This document shows, in pieces, positions 1 through 8,876 of a stretch of 64,000 bases of DNA (position 1 is the stretch's first letter; each line of letters starts with the position of its first letter). The DNA comes from Candidatus Kerfeldbacteria bacterium. Lineage in GTDB: Bacteria; Patescibacteriota; Patescibacteriia; SBBC01; CAIJZX01. The translations under genes and the position numbers were made by a program. Under the pieces are notes generated by a model. That model did not search any database and had not been told where the DNA came from. It was given only the letters and a program-made list of their open reading frames with translations. The stretch is taken from assembly GCA_903825245.1 (NCBI GenBank), contig CAIJZX010000016.1, positions 66,100 to 130,099 on the forward strand, written 5' to 3'.

Positions 1-339
1 GTCCGTGAATTACTTAATAGCCATCAAGTTCGACACCAGGTGCAAACCCTACAAAACCAAGTGGCCACCGAACAACACCGGCAGCAGCAATTACAAGATC
101 TCATTGACTACCTGGGCAGTCCGACCTTCCAAGAGCAAGAAGCGCGACTGAAGCTGGGCTTGAAAAAAAACGGTGAACAAGTTATTGTCGTACCACCGAC
201 AAATACGACCACTATAAATTCAGCTAGCACTCAGACATCAACTACTACTGACAGTACTGGCGCACCAATGAGTCATCCGGCAAAGTGGTGGCAATACTTC
301 TTTGGATCTCGACCCTCATCAGCTAATTCAAACACATGA
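1..339 (+). CDS. Septum formation initiator (FtsB/DivIC family), 5'-truncated by window edge
   Basis: Frame open from base 1; coiled coil then EQEARLKLGLKKNGEQV, a DivIC-type motif; Thr-rich tail and WWQYFF end. Confidence 0.8.
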   Translation, partial: VRELLNSHQVRHQVQTLQNQVATEQHRQQQLQDLIDYLGSPTFQEQEARLKLGLKKNGEQVIVVPPTNTTTINSASTQTSTTTDSTGAPMSHPAKWWQYFFGSRPSSANSNT

Positions 340-1313
340 CAACGTTACCAATCTCTCCGGAAAAGAAACCCACCCGACACTGGTGGCGGATTTCAATTTT
401 GAGTATTCTCAGTGTTGTCGTCGTTTGGTACATTGTTTTGGGAGTCGGTGTCTATTCTGGAACCTGGCGCGGTGGACGAACGGAATCTGTGCTGCGAATA
501 ACACCGCTACCCGTGGCATTCGTCAAATGGCATCCAATCTGGTATAGCGATTACTTGAACCAGCGAACAGCTGTACAGAAATACACCGCTTATCTCGCAT
601 CGAGCACTTCGAGTGGCACTACAAAACCGACAGACGTTGAACTCACGTCCATGACCTTGAACACACTCATGCGAACTGAGCTCAGCAATCAAATCATGAA
701 GACGCTCAATATTTCGGTTGGTACTTCTGATGTTGATCAGGCTTACCAAACGCAATTACTCCAAAACGGTAACGCCGATCAAGTTGCCAGCACCATTAAA
801 CAATTGTACGGTTGGACCCCGGAACAATTCAAAACCAACGTCGTTCGTCCGGCAGTTGTTCGATCATCGATTCAAGAAAAATTGTCATTCGATACAAAAC
901 TGAGTGCGACAGCAAAAACGCAAGCGGATAAAGTTCTCGCCTTAGTCAAGGCCGATCCGAAAAACTTTAGCGACTTGGCAAAAAAGTATAGCGAAGACAC
1001 CTATGGCGCGAATGGTGGCGATCTTGGTTTCGTCGGCAAGAATGAGCAAGATAAGGCGATCGAAGACGCAGCGTTTGGTTTGGAACTCAACACTATCAGT
1101 GATGTCATCCACACCCAATATGGGTTTCATATTCTTGAAGTCACCGAGAAGAAAACCGTTGACGGAAATGACCAAGTTCATCTCTACATGATTACCGTTT
1201 TAGCACCACAAGTCGACACGTATATTACATCGATTGCTAAAAAAACTTCGACACAGGTGTTTGTCCGCGGTGTTCGTTGGGATACCACAAAAGGTCAGGT
1301 CATCGCTCAGTAA
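336..1313 (+). CDS. Peptidylprolyl isomerase (PrsA/SurA-like parvulin foldase)
   Basis: N-terminal TM, SurA-like helices, parvulin motifs FSDLAKKYSED, GGDLG, TQYGFHIL. Confidence 0.9.
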   Translation: MTTLPISPEKKPTRHWWRISILSILSVVVVWYIVLGVGVYSGTWRGGRTESVLRITPLPVAFVKWHPIWYSDYLNQRTAVQKYTAYLASSTSSGTTKPTDVELTSMTLNTLMRTELSNQIMKTLNISVGTSDVDQAYQTQLLQNGNADQVASTIKQLYGWTPEQFKTNVVRPAVVRSSIQEKLSFDTKLSATAKTQADKVLALVKADPKNFSDLAKKYSEDTYGANGGDLGFVGKNEQDKAIEDAAFGLELNTISDVIHTQYGFHILEVTEKKTVDGNDQVHLYMITVLAPQVDTYITSIAKKTSTQVFVRGVRWDTTKGQVIAQ

Positions 1314-1340
1314 CTTCGGAGTACTTATTCTATCCTTACC

Positions 1341-1415
1341 TGGAGCCGGTGGTCGGGATTGAACCGACGACCTCTGCTTTACGAAAGCATTGCTCTACCA
1401 CTGAGCTACACCGGC
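1341..1415 (-). tRNA. tRNA-Thr(CGT)
   Basis: Reverse complement GCCGGTGTAGCTCAGTGGTAGAGCAATGCTTTCGTAAAGCAGAGGTCGTCGGTTCAATCCCGACCACCGGCTCCA; anticodon loop TTCGTAA; encoded CCA. Confidence 0.95.
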
Positions 1416-1480
1416 CCGGGTCAAGATAGAATAGCGAACGAAACGAAAGCACTTGAAATCAGGGTCAAGGATATCGTATT

Positions 1481-2260
1481 ATGCCTTCTTCGTCAATACA
1501 AATCGCACCCGGAGCACAGCCATTTTTCTTTCCTGGGGATTCAACTGGGATTCTCATTATCCACGGCTACGGCGGATCGATCGGTGATTATCGAGACTTT
1601 GGCAATCAACTACATCGTTTTGGCTATACGGTAATGGGAATGCGTTTAGCTGGACACGGTCAAAACTTGCCCATTCTGAAACAAGCCACAATTGCTGACT
1701 GGCAGCAGTCGGTTGATGAAGCGATCGACCATATACGACAACAATGCCAAAATATTGTTATTGTTGGCTCTTCTTTCGGCGGCGTGTTAGCCCTTGATGC
1801 AGTACGGCGAAAAAAAACGATTCACGGGTTGGTTGTCGTTAATACTGCTTTATCGTATCGCGGCGGGGGAGCGATGCAGGGATTTCTTTTACGGTTACTA
1901 CGGTTGTTTACACCATACTATCCGAAATTCGGGATGAGTGGCGCTGAGCGGCGACGCGGACGTGAAGTTGGTTCCTCACCAGCCTGGCCGATTAACGGCA
2001 TACTCGCAACGGCCAAATTTTCGCGTCAAAATATTATCCCAGTTTTACCGACTATTCAAATACCGGTTCTTATTGTATCCAGTAGCAACGATCCAATCGT
2101 TGGTACAGAAAATGGCTCAGTATTGATCGCCAACCTTGGCTCGACAATTAAATCCACAATCGTTGTGCCTGTAGCAACCCATCGTCCATTTCGTGATATT
2201 GCCGCCACGGCATTTCTTGCTGAACAAACTCATGCCTTTATTCAACAGCATCTTGCTTAG
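1481..2260 (+). CDS. Alpha/beta-hydrolase (carboxylesterase-like)
   Basis: IHGYGG oxyanion motif, GSSFG nucleophile elbow, later DPIV and His. Confidence 0.85.
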   Translation: MPSSSIQIAPGAQPFFFPGDSTGILIIHGYGGSIGDYRDFGNQLHRFGYTVMGMRLAGHGQNLPILKQATIADWQQSVDEAIDHIRQQCQNIVIVGSSFGGVLALDAVRRKKTIHGLVVVNTALSYRGGGAMQGFLLRLLRLFTPYYPKFGMSGAERRRGREVGSSPAWPINGILATAKFSRQNIIPVLPTIQIPVLIVSSSNDPIVGTENGSVLIANLGSTIKSTIVVPVATHRPFRDIAATAFLAEQTHAFIQQHLA

Positions 2261-2394
2261 GAAGTATAATTATGGTACAGTACACCAGATGTTAAAACGA
2301 AAAACAGCACAACTATCTCATCGTGAAAAAGAAACAATGCCAAGCACAAGTTTCCGTTTTTTCACACAATCACAAAAAACAGAATGCAGTGTAT

Positions 2395-2415
2395 TGGAGC
2401 GGGTAGGGGGAATCG
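2395..2415 (-). repeat. Exact 21-bp duplicate of the tRNA-Gly 3' end (att-like)
   Basis: tggagcgggtagggggaatcg at 2395-2415 is identical to 2551-2571. Confidence 0.9.
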
Positions 2416-2550
2416 CTCCCATCGTTTCCTCCAAACTCCGTGAGCCGGGGCTCCGGTCGACTGCCACCGGCAATCGTCCTCGCCCGTTCGATTCCCAAGT
2501 CAAACCGAAAATTTCGCCACAGACAAGCATGTTTAGTGAACAAAATATTG

Positions 2551-2624
2551 TGGAGCGGGTAGGGGGAATCGAACCCCCGACTAAACCTTGGGAAGGTCTC
2601 GTTTTACCACTAAACCATACCCGC
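2551..2624 (-). tRNA. tRNA-Gly(CCC)
   Basis: Reverse complement GCGGGTATGGTTTAGTGGTAAAACGAGACCTTCCCAAGGTTTAGTCGGGGGTTCGATTCCCCCTACCCGCTCCA. Confidence 0.95.
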
Positions 2625-2648
2625 CGACGTCTCGGAGTATACGGATTG

Positions 2649-4220
2649 ATGGCACTCTTGGCAAGCCTCATCTTATCTGTTACGCCTGTATTTGCGGACA
2701 ACGCCACGGTGACGACGCATTTTGATGATTCATTAGTTGCGAATGGCTGGACATTGCGATTACCTAACGGAGCGAACGCCACAGTGTTTCCCGGCGTCCT
2801 ACCAAATGCGGCTGATGTTACCTGGTCAGTCAGTTTTGACGCGACACCAACGCTACCGGTAAAAACCGGCCAACTTGGATCGCTCTATCGATTAACTGTC
2901 ACTGGAGCCTCAAGTCTTATAACCACCAAATATAAAATTGCTATCGCCGTGCCGGACGTGACTAGTTACTGGGGTCATGCGTTATGGTATTACGATATAT
3001 CAACAAAAAATTGGACGCAATTATCTACCAAGCTCAATGCCACCACCGGCAAACTTCAAGCTGGCGTAATCAGTCTTGATGGCTATGTCACGATTCTCGA
3101 GGACCATGCCGTCGAAATCGGTAACGCTAGCTGGTACTGCCGCACAAGCTGTTCAAAAAAATATCCAAAACTCCACGCCACCTCCAACGATTTTCCAGTC
3201 GGATCAAAAGTAGTCGTTACCAATCCGACTAATGGGAAATCGGTCACCGTCACCGTCGTGTCAAAGTGGGGTCAGCCGGCTGGTCGTATTATTGATCTTT
3301 CCGGCGCCGCTTATGACGCGCTCAAGCCGACAAACAAAGGTGTTACGCTAGTTCATGTTAGCCTACCATCGGCGATAGTAGTTACGACCCCAAAAACTAC
3401 TCCCGCAACGACACCTGCCGAAACAATTGCCTCACTGACTCCGGTAAAAACCGGTTCGACTGACATTCCTAGCGTCGCCGGAACCGAATACTACGTTATG
3501 GATCAGGGCACAGGTACAGTCTTAGCGTCAAAGAATAGTGCGGCCGCCACGTCGATTGCGAGTCTGACCAAACTGATGACGGCCATGGTGGTTCTCGACA
3601 CTAATCCCGATCTCACGAAAACCGTAACATATTCAAAGGCCGATGTGACCAGCTATGCCTATCTTCGGGTGAATGTCGGCGACAAACTCACCGTCAAAGA
3701 CCTCTTGTTTTCCATGATTGTCGGTTCAGCGAATAATGCCGCGACCGCACTCGTTCGATCAACCGGTATGACCCGTCCACAATTCGTGGCCGCGATGAAC
3801 GCAAAAGCAACGGTTCTTGGTATGACCTCCACGCATTTTGTCGACGTTAACGGACTTGATCCAAATAATGTATCTTCAGCGGCTGATGTAGCAATCATGG
3901 CCGGTCACGCCTTCCACGATTATCCGACTCTACGGAAAGCCGCCGTTGCAACCTCGTACGTCTTTACGACCATCAATACAAAGGTCAAGCACACGCTGTT
4001 AACGACTGATAAAAATCTTCTGAAAAGTGGTTCGCTGGTCATTACCGGTGGAAAAACTGGCTTTCTCAATGAGGCTCAGTATACCTACGCCATGCGAGTG
4101 AAAAATACACAAGGCGCACAAGTCATCGTCGTCATTCTCGGTTCACCGACTACCACCCAGCGCTTTGCCGATGCGGTAAAATTAGCGAACTGGAGCTGGA
4201 ACACCTATAGTTGGAAATAA
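2649..4220 (+). CDS. Secreted RlpA-like double-psi beta-barrel domain fused to peptidase S11 (D-Ala-D-Ala carboxy/endopeptidase)
   Basis: Start reassigned to ATG 2649 (signal peptide MALLASLILSVTPVFA) because the longer ORF runs through the tRNA; GNASWY...RIIDLS (RlpA); SLTK, SANN, KTG (S11). Confidence 0.85.
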   Translation: MALLASLILSVTPVFADNATVTTHFDDSLVANGWTLRLPNGANATVFPGVLPNAADVTWSVSFDATPTLPVKTGQLGSLYRLTVTGASSLITTKYKIAIAVPDVTSYWGHALWYYDISTKNWTQLSTKLNATTGKLQAGVISLDGYVTILEDHAVEIGNASWYCRTSCSKKYPKLHATSNDFPVGSKVVVTNPTNGKSVTVTVVSKWGQPAGRIIDLSGAAYDALKPTNKGVTLVHVSLPSAIVVTTPKTTPATTPAETIASLTPVKTGSTDIPSVAGTEYYVMDQGTGTVLASKNSAAATSIASLTKLMTAMVVLDTNPDLTKTVTYSKADVTSYAYLRVNVGDKLTVKDLLFSMIVGSANNAATALVRSTGMTRPQFVAAMNAKATVLGMTSTHFVDVNGLDPNNVSSAADVAIMAGHAFHDYPTLRKAAVATSYVFTTINTKVKHTLLTTDKNLLKSGSLVITGGKTGFLNEAQYTYAMRVKNTQGAQVIVVILGSPTTTQRFADAVKLANWSWNTYSWK

Positions 4221-4226
4221 TCTTCT

Positions 4227-4907
4227 ATGGTCACCCTCGAACATGTCAGTAAGCACTACCAACGAAAGAACGTCGGTTTGGAAGACGTCTCGCTACAAAT
4301 TTTACCCGGTGAGTTTGTTTCGATTGTCGGTCAGTCCGGTTCAGGGAAAACAACGTTAGCAAAATTGATTATCGCTGAGGAACGTCCGGAACGTGGACGT
4401 ATCGTCATTGGTGGCTGGGATATTACCCGCATTAAATACGGCGAAATACCCACACTTCGGCGGCAAATCGGGGTGGTTTTTCAGGATTTTAAACTTTTAC
4501 CGCGAAAGACAATATTTGAAAACGTTGCTTTCGCTCTGGAAGTTGCCGGGGAATCGAATGCTCGAATTTCTTCGGTTGTTGCACAGGTGCTGAAAATTGT
4601 CGGTTTGGAGAAAAAAATGGATCGCTATCCCGACCAAATTTCAGGCGGCGAACAACAACGCGTCGTGATCGCCCGAGCGCTTGTCCATCGACCAAAATTA
4701 TTTGTGGCCGATGAACCAACTGGCAATCTTGATTCAATTAACGCCCAGGAAATTATTTCCTTGCTGCAAAAAATTAACGAGTTTGGCACCACGGTCGTTC
4801 TTGTGACCCACAACCGCGAGATTGTGAACATGCTGAAGAAGCGCGTGGTTACACTTGATCATGGGCACATTATCGCTGATCAGAAAGCTGGCAAATACCT
4901 CCTGTAA
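4227..4907 (+). CDS. ftsE: Cell division ATP-binding protein FtsE
   Basis: [35 protein letters not shown]; upstream of ftsX. Confidence 0.93.
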   Translation: MVTLEHVSKHYQRKNVGLEDVSLQILPGEFVSIVGQSGSGKTTLAKLIIAEERPERGRIVIGGWDITRIKYGEIPTLRRQIGVVFQDFKLLPRKTIFENVAFALEVAGESNARISSVVAQVLKIVGLEKKMDRYPDQISGGEQQRVVIARALVHRPKLFVADEPTGNLDSINAQEIISLLQKINEFGTTVVLVTHNREIVNMLKKRVVTLDHGHIIADQKAGKYLL

Positions 4908-4983
4908 TCCCGTTAGAGCGCCCTATATGTCCTTCACTTTGATGAACCAATCACAATCTCAATTTCTTAACGCTCTAATGAGA
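4908..4983. mobile_element. YCCCGTTAGA/TCTAACGGGR inverted-repeat element, copy A (degenerate right end)
   Basis: tcccgttagagcg (4908-4920) ... cgctctaatgaga (4971-4983); fills the whole gap from ftsE stop to ftsX start. Confidence 0.7.
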
Positions 4984-5894
4984 TGATTACACTGTGGCGG
5001 ATGATTAAATTCGGTTTTCAAGGCTTTGGCCGAAATATTTGGTTATCGGTCGTCACGATTCTCATTGTCGTGCTCAATCTTTTTTTGATGAGTCTGGTGT
5101 CGGGATTGAACGTCGTTGGCCAACAAACACTGACCGCCGTTCGTCAGAAGGTGAACCTATCCGTGTATTTCACGACCACCACGACCGAAGATCGCGTAAA
5201 ACAAGTGCAACAAGATTTGAAAAAATTACCGCAAGTACAATCTATCCGTTACATTAGCCCAGCTGAACATCTTGATGCCTTGAAAAAAGCCAAGGGTGAT
5301 GTGGTCGTCAATGCGATTGCGACGTTAGGAGAAAACCCCTTAGGTGCCGGACTCGTCATATCTGCCACCTCGCTTGATGGCTACACCGCGATTGCTCAAG
5401 CCTTAAAATCTCCGACATATTCCACGATCATTGAAAATACCGGCAATGACTTTTCAACAAATCAATCAATCATCAGCAAACTATCAACGATTGTTGGTCG
5501 TGTCCGTGTCGCTACATATTGGCTGACCGGACTATTTGCCTTTATAGCTATACTCATGGTCTTTAACACCATTCGCGTGGCAATATATTCGCAACGTGAA
5601 GAAATAGCCATCATGAAACTCGTCGGCGCCTCGGATCAATTCGTCCGCGGACCGTTCTTTGTGTCAAGCTTACTCTATGGCATCTTCGCCGGCGTGATCG
5701 TGACCGCCATCCTTGTGCCGCTGCTGACTGTGCTCAATCCGAAATTGCAAATTTTCTTCGCTGGCTACGACATCAACGTCCTTGGCTATGTCCGGGCGAA
5801 CTTATGGGCGATTCTCGGACTTGAAGTTGGTGTTGGTTGTCTGCTTTCTGGATTATCATCGACGCTCGCCATCGGTCGGTACTTGCGCGTGTAA
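4983..5894 (+). CDS. ftsX: Cell division permease FtsX
   Basis: Four TM segments, ENPL motif, RREEI-like QREEIAIMKLVGAS; follows ftsE. Confidence 0.92.
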   Translation: MITLWRMIKFGFQGFGRNIWLSVVTILIVVLNLFLMSLVSGLNVVGQQTLTAVRQKVNLSVYFTTTTTEDRVKQVQQDLKKLPQVQSIRYISPAEHLDALKKAKGDVVVNAIATLGENPLGAGLVISATSLDGYTAIAQALKSPTYSTIIENTGNDFSTNQSIISKLSTIVGRVRVATYWLTGLFAFIAILMVFNTIRVAIYSQREEIAIMKLVGASDQFVRGPFFVSSLLYGIFAGVIVTAILVPLLTVLNPKLQIFFAGYDINVLGYVRANLWAILGLEVGVGCLLSGLSSTLAIGRYLRV

Positions 5895-5896
5895 CT

Positions 5897-6217
5897 ATGG
5901 CCAAACGCAAACAGGATTTGTATGAATCGCTGGACGTCGATACAGTTGATACTCCGGCGGCTAAACAAGTATCGGCTTTTTGTATCTACATTATGCGCAG
6001 TAAAAAAGATGGCCGGCTGTACATCGGTAGCGGCGTTAATGCCGATGAATGCGTGAAACGCCACAACTTCGGCGACTACCGAGCAACCAATGGCCAGCGC
6101 CCATGGAAGCTCATCTACCACGAAGGATTCGCCACCAAACCGGAAGCGGTGAAACGTGAATGGTTCCTCAAGAGCAACGAAGGAAAAGTCTTCGTTGATA
6201 GTTTACATATTAAATAA
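5897..6217 (+). CDS. Stand-alone GIY-YIG nuclease (UPF0213-like)
   Basis: CIYIMRS...LYIG...RHN...RPWKLIYHE...A.KRE..LKS; ATG 5897 just after the ftsX stop. Confidence 0.85.
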   Translation: MAKRKQDLYESLDVDTVDTPAAKQVSAFCIYIMRSKKDGRLYIGSGVNADECVKRHNFGDYRATNGQRPWKLIYHEGFATKPEAVKREWFLKSNEGKVFVDSLHIK

Positions 6218-6253
6218 CGACACCTTTAGCCAGGTATTTGATACTACCGGGTC

Positions 6254-6282
6254 TTGATTTAGCATATACGCCGTGGTACACT
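6254..6282 (+). promoter_or_regulatory. Sigma70-type promoter of tRNA-Gln
   Basis: TTGATT-N17-TACACT with TG extension, 11 nt upstream of the tRNA. Confidence 0.7.
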
Positions 6283-6293
6283 GGCCGACGTAT

Positions 6294-6367
6294 TCGGGGA
6301 TCGTCTAATGGTAGGACAGCGGCCTTTGAAGCCGTCGATCGGGGTTCGAGTCCCTGTCCCCGAGCCA
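6294..6367 (+). tRNA. tRNA-Gln(TTG)
   Basis: TCGGGGA/TCCCCGA acceptor stem, GCGGC-CTTTGAA-GCCGT anticodon arm, GGTTCGAGTCC T-arm, CCA. Confidence 0.95.
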
Positions 6368-6377
6368 AAAAAATATT

Positions 6378-6455
6378 ATGAGTCGCATCGCCATCATTAT
6401 TATCGCCGCTATGATTATCATCATTGTGGTGTATTTGCTGACGAATCCAAAATAG
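6378..6455 (+). CDS. Putative 25-aa single-TM micropeptide MSRIAIIIIAAMIIIIVVYLLTNPK
   Basis: ATG 10 nt after the tRNA CCA; clean hydrophobic helix; below the ORF-track cutoff. Confidence 0.45.
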   Translation: MSRIAIIIIAAMIIIIVVYLLTNPK

Positions 6456-6475
6456 CATTCGATTGGGTGAGGAGG
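6443..6475 (+). repeat. 33-bp direct repeat, left copy
   Basis: gaatccaaaatagcattcgattgggtgaggagg; 32/33 identical to 8727-8759. Confidence 0.9.
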
Positions 6476-6584
6476 AGGCATGTGCCATCGACGGCATGGT
6501 AGTTCGATTTTTCGTTAATCGATGATTCAGATACGAACCTTGTTTCCTGATTGGTTTGTATGGTGTATCATCTACATGCATCAT

Positions 6585-8717
6585 ATGAAGCACTTAGAAA
6601 CAACAAATCCGACCACCGTCCGCAATCGGTTTACCCTGGCAATCCGGGTGTTTTTCATTGCCACGCTAACATTGAGTAGTGGATCAATTATCCTGGCGGT
6701 TGCACTTATGGTCGCATCGCCTAATGGCGACGGCGGAAGTGGCGGACCGTGTAATGTTCAGATTACCAGTTTGCCGTATAATCTGAATGCAACCGGAAAA
6801 GTTTATTGCCTGGCCAAAAACATTACTGTTACTGCCGCAGCATCAGACTTTACGTTTACCGCTGATAATATCACACTCGATGGTCAGGGATATACTGTTT
6901 CGAGTACGGGTGCGGGTACGAGTAAGATTACTCTATCTGGTCGCCGCCACGTCATCATCAAAGCCCTGACCATTCCTAATGATATTTCGATAACGAATGG
7001 TGACCATAATCAAATACTCAATACCCACAATAGTGGGTTAACAATGACTACCACGAACGACAATACCATTTCGGGGAATACCGTCAATATTCCGGCGGGT
7101 GGTTATGCTGCCCTTCAATTGTCAGGCATCGATAGCAAGTACATTGAAGGCAACACCATTGTCGGGAATACGTTCGGCCAATCATCGACCGGCTACTCTG
7201 ATATGCGTTTTATCCGGATATACTGTGCGCGGAATAATCTCTTTGAGGCCAATACCGTGACCATGACCGGTGGTGGGAATATTATGCAGGCGCATTACGC
7301 GTTTTTTAATACGTTCAAGAATAATATCTATACCGTCAACTACCCGATCACCACGAACGACGGTAGTGAACGATACGGTTGGTACATCCGCGATGGATCA
7401 TCCTATAATACGTTCATTGGTAACACCGTACGTTCCAATCAAGTAGCCGCCCGCATTGGCGGGCCAGGCAATGTAACGGTGCCGTGGGGGCACGATAATC
7501 TGCTGAAAGGGAATAGCTTTTATGGTGGTCTACCGGTATTAGTACCGGGAAAGGCCGATGTTCTATTGCCGACCGCATCGGTTCTAGCACACGACACGAC
7601 GACCGGTAATGATACCTTCGACCATAACCTTTTTTACGCCTATCAAACGGATACAGCAGCGGTGCAAATAGGAGTCGGTGACGTAGGTGCGCCGCCGACG
7701 TATTTTACCAACAATACCATCTACGCCAGACAGGGCACAGGTCTTCGCATTGAAGGATCTGGCAAGGTGTCTAGCCGAAATAATTTGTTTTACAGTTTTG
7801 ATAGCCCCGCTATGTATCTTAAGGACAACGATACCTCGACATATCAAGGGGATAATAACTTATATTGGCAGGTTGGGTCGACCAAGCCGATTACTTGGCA
7901 GCGTAGTTGCTGCGGTCCACAGATCGTGTCCGTACAAACTTTCCGTACTGATAGTGCTAATGCCGGCAAGGATCAAAATTCACTCGGCACAGACCCCTTG
8001 CTGGATCAGACGAACTACACATCACTCGGCTCAGCCAGTCCCGCGATAGATGCTGGTAACCATGCCATTCCGCCGTCGCCGTACGGAGGACCATATATTG
8101 ATATCGGAAAATTCGAATATCCAAAAAATACAGCTCCCGACGTGACACCGCCGACCCTGACTGTTGTCTACCCTGACTTGAATACTCGTTCAACTCCCGC
8201 CGGTCGGTATATTTCATCAACCGGTTTGATAGCCGGCTTGGCTCGCGATAATGGCGACGTCAAGCAGGTGCGAGTGGAGATTGATGGCCGTTGGTATACA
8301 GCCTTAGGAACGAACAGCTGGGGATTATCACTACGGAATGTCTCATTGACGACACTAGCGACACACAACCTGATTGTCCAGGCCATCGATGCCGCCGGAA
8401 ATGCAACCACGAGTCCGGCCATGTCTTTTGTGATCGATGATACACCGCCGACCGGATCAATTACCACCCCAACTACCCCAGCCCTATCAGGGGATGGCAC
8501 CATGTCGGCAGGGGCTAGCGATGCTATTGGAATTGCCTCAGTGCAATTCCATCTTGATGATAATCCGGTCGGCTTCGTTGATTATGATGCGCCATACAGT
8601 GGGGTGACCAATACTAGGATTTATTCCAATGGCACGCATCGGCTGAGCGCCACCATTATGGATACCGCCGGTAATTTCTTCGTCACGCCAACAGTTGTAA
8701 TCACGATTACAAACTAA
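6585..8717 (+). CDS. Membrane-anchored right-handed beta-helix (pectin-lyase-like) surface protein with C-terminal Ig-like domains
   Basis: N-terminal TM; Asn-ladder repeats (NTISGNT, NTIVGNT, NTFIGNT); SPAIDAG...DIGKFEY; two DxTPPT...DxAGN Ig-like modules; start chosen downstream of TATCAT at 6566-6571. Confidence 0.75.
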   Translation: MKHLETTNPTTVRNRFTLAIRVFFIATLTLSSGSIILAVALMVASPNGDGGSGGPCNVQITSLPYNLNATGKVYCLAKNITVTAAASDFTFTADNITLDGQGYTVSSTGAGTSKITLSGRRHVIIKALTIPNDISITNGDHNQILNTHNSGLTMTTTNDNTISGNTVNIPAGGYAALQLSGIDSKYIEGNTIVGNTFGQSSTGYSDMRFIRIYCARNNLFEANTVTMTGGGNIMQAHYAFFNTFKNNIYTVNYPITTNDGSERYGWYIRDGSSYNTFIGNTVRSNQVAARIGGPGNVTVPWGHDNLLKGNSFYGGLPVLVPGKADVLLPTASVLAHDTTTGNDTFDHNLFYAYQTDTAAVQIGVGDVGAPPTYFTNNTIYARQGTGLRIEGSGKVSSRNNLFYSFDSPAMYLKDNDTSTYQGDNNLYWQVGSTKPITWQRSCCGPQIVSVQTFRTDSANAGKDQNSLGTDPLLDQTNYTSLGSASPAIDAGNHAIPPSPYGGPYIDIGKFEYPKNTAPDVTPPTLTVVYPDLNTRSTPAGRYISSTGLIAGLARDNGDVKQVRVEIDGRWYTALGTNSWGLSLRNVSLTTLATHNLIVQAIDAAGNATTSPAMSFVIDDTPPTGSITTPTTPALSGDGTMSAGASDAIGIASVQFHLDDNPVGFVDYDAPYSGVTNTRIYSNGTHRLSATIMDTAGNFFVTPTVVITITN

Positions 8718-8726
8718 CGGCCAACG

Positions 8727-8759
8727 GAATCCAAAATAACATTCGATTGGGTGAGGAGG
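8727..8759 (+). repeat. 33-bp direct repeat, right copy
   Basis: gaatccaaaataacattcgattgggtgaggagg, continuing into extended -10 TGTGCTATAGT (8765-8775). Confidence 0.9.
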
Positions 8760-8800
8760 GGATTTGTGCTATAGTATGCACAAAGACCAACACTCATTCA

Positions 8801-8876
8801 TCCCGTTAGAGCGCACCATGCTCAAACCACAAACGAAAATAAACCTACAATGTAACGACGTGCCACTCTAACGGGA
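8801..8876. mobile_element. YCCCGTTAGA/TCTAACGGGR element, copy B
   Basis: tcccgttagagcgcac ... gtgccactctaacggga; last A is the A of the antiporter ATG. Confidence 0.75.

Noticed and set aside
1359-1634. Short ORFs overlapping tRNAs (1359-1634, 2318-2782, 6210-6593, 6308-6502)
   Set aside because: Shadow ORFs of tRNA genes with no protein motifs
2193-2648. N-terminal 152 aa of the 675-aa ORF, with the repeated peptide ERVGGI
   Set aside because: Antisense read-through of tRNA-Gly and its duplicated 3' end; the credible signal peptide starts at 2649
5897-6217. GIY-YIG gene as a homing endonuclease or intron marker
   Set aside because: Short stand-alone UPF0213-type protein; neighbouring ftsX and tRNA-Gln are uninterrupted
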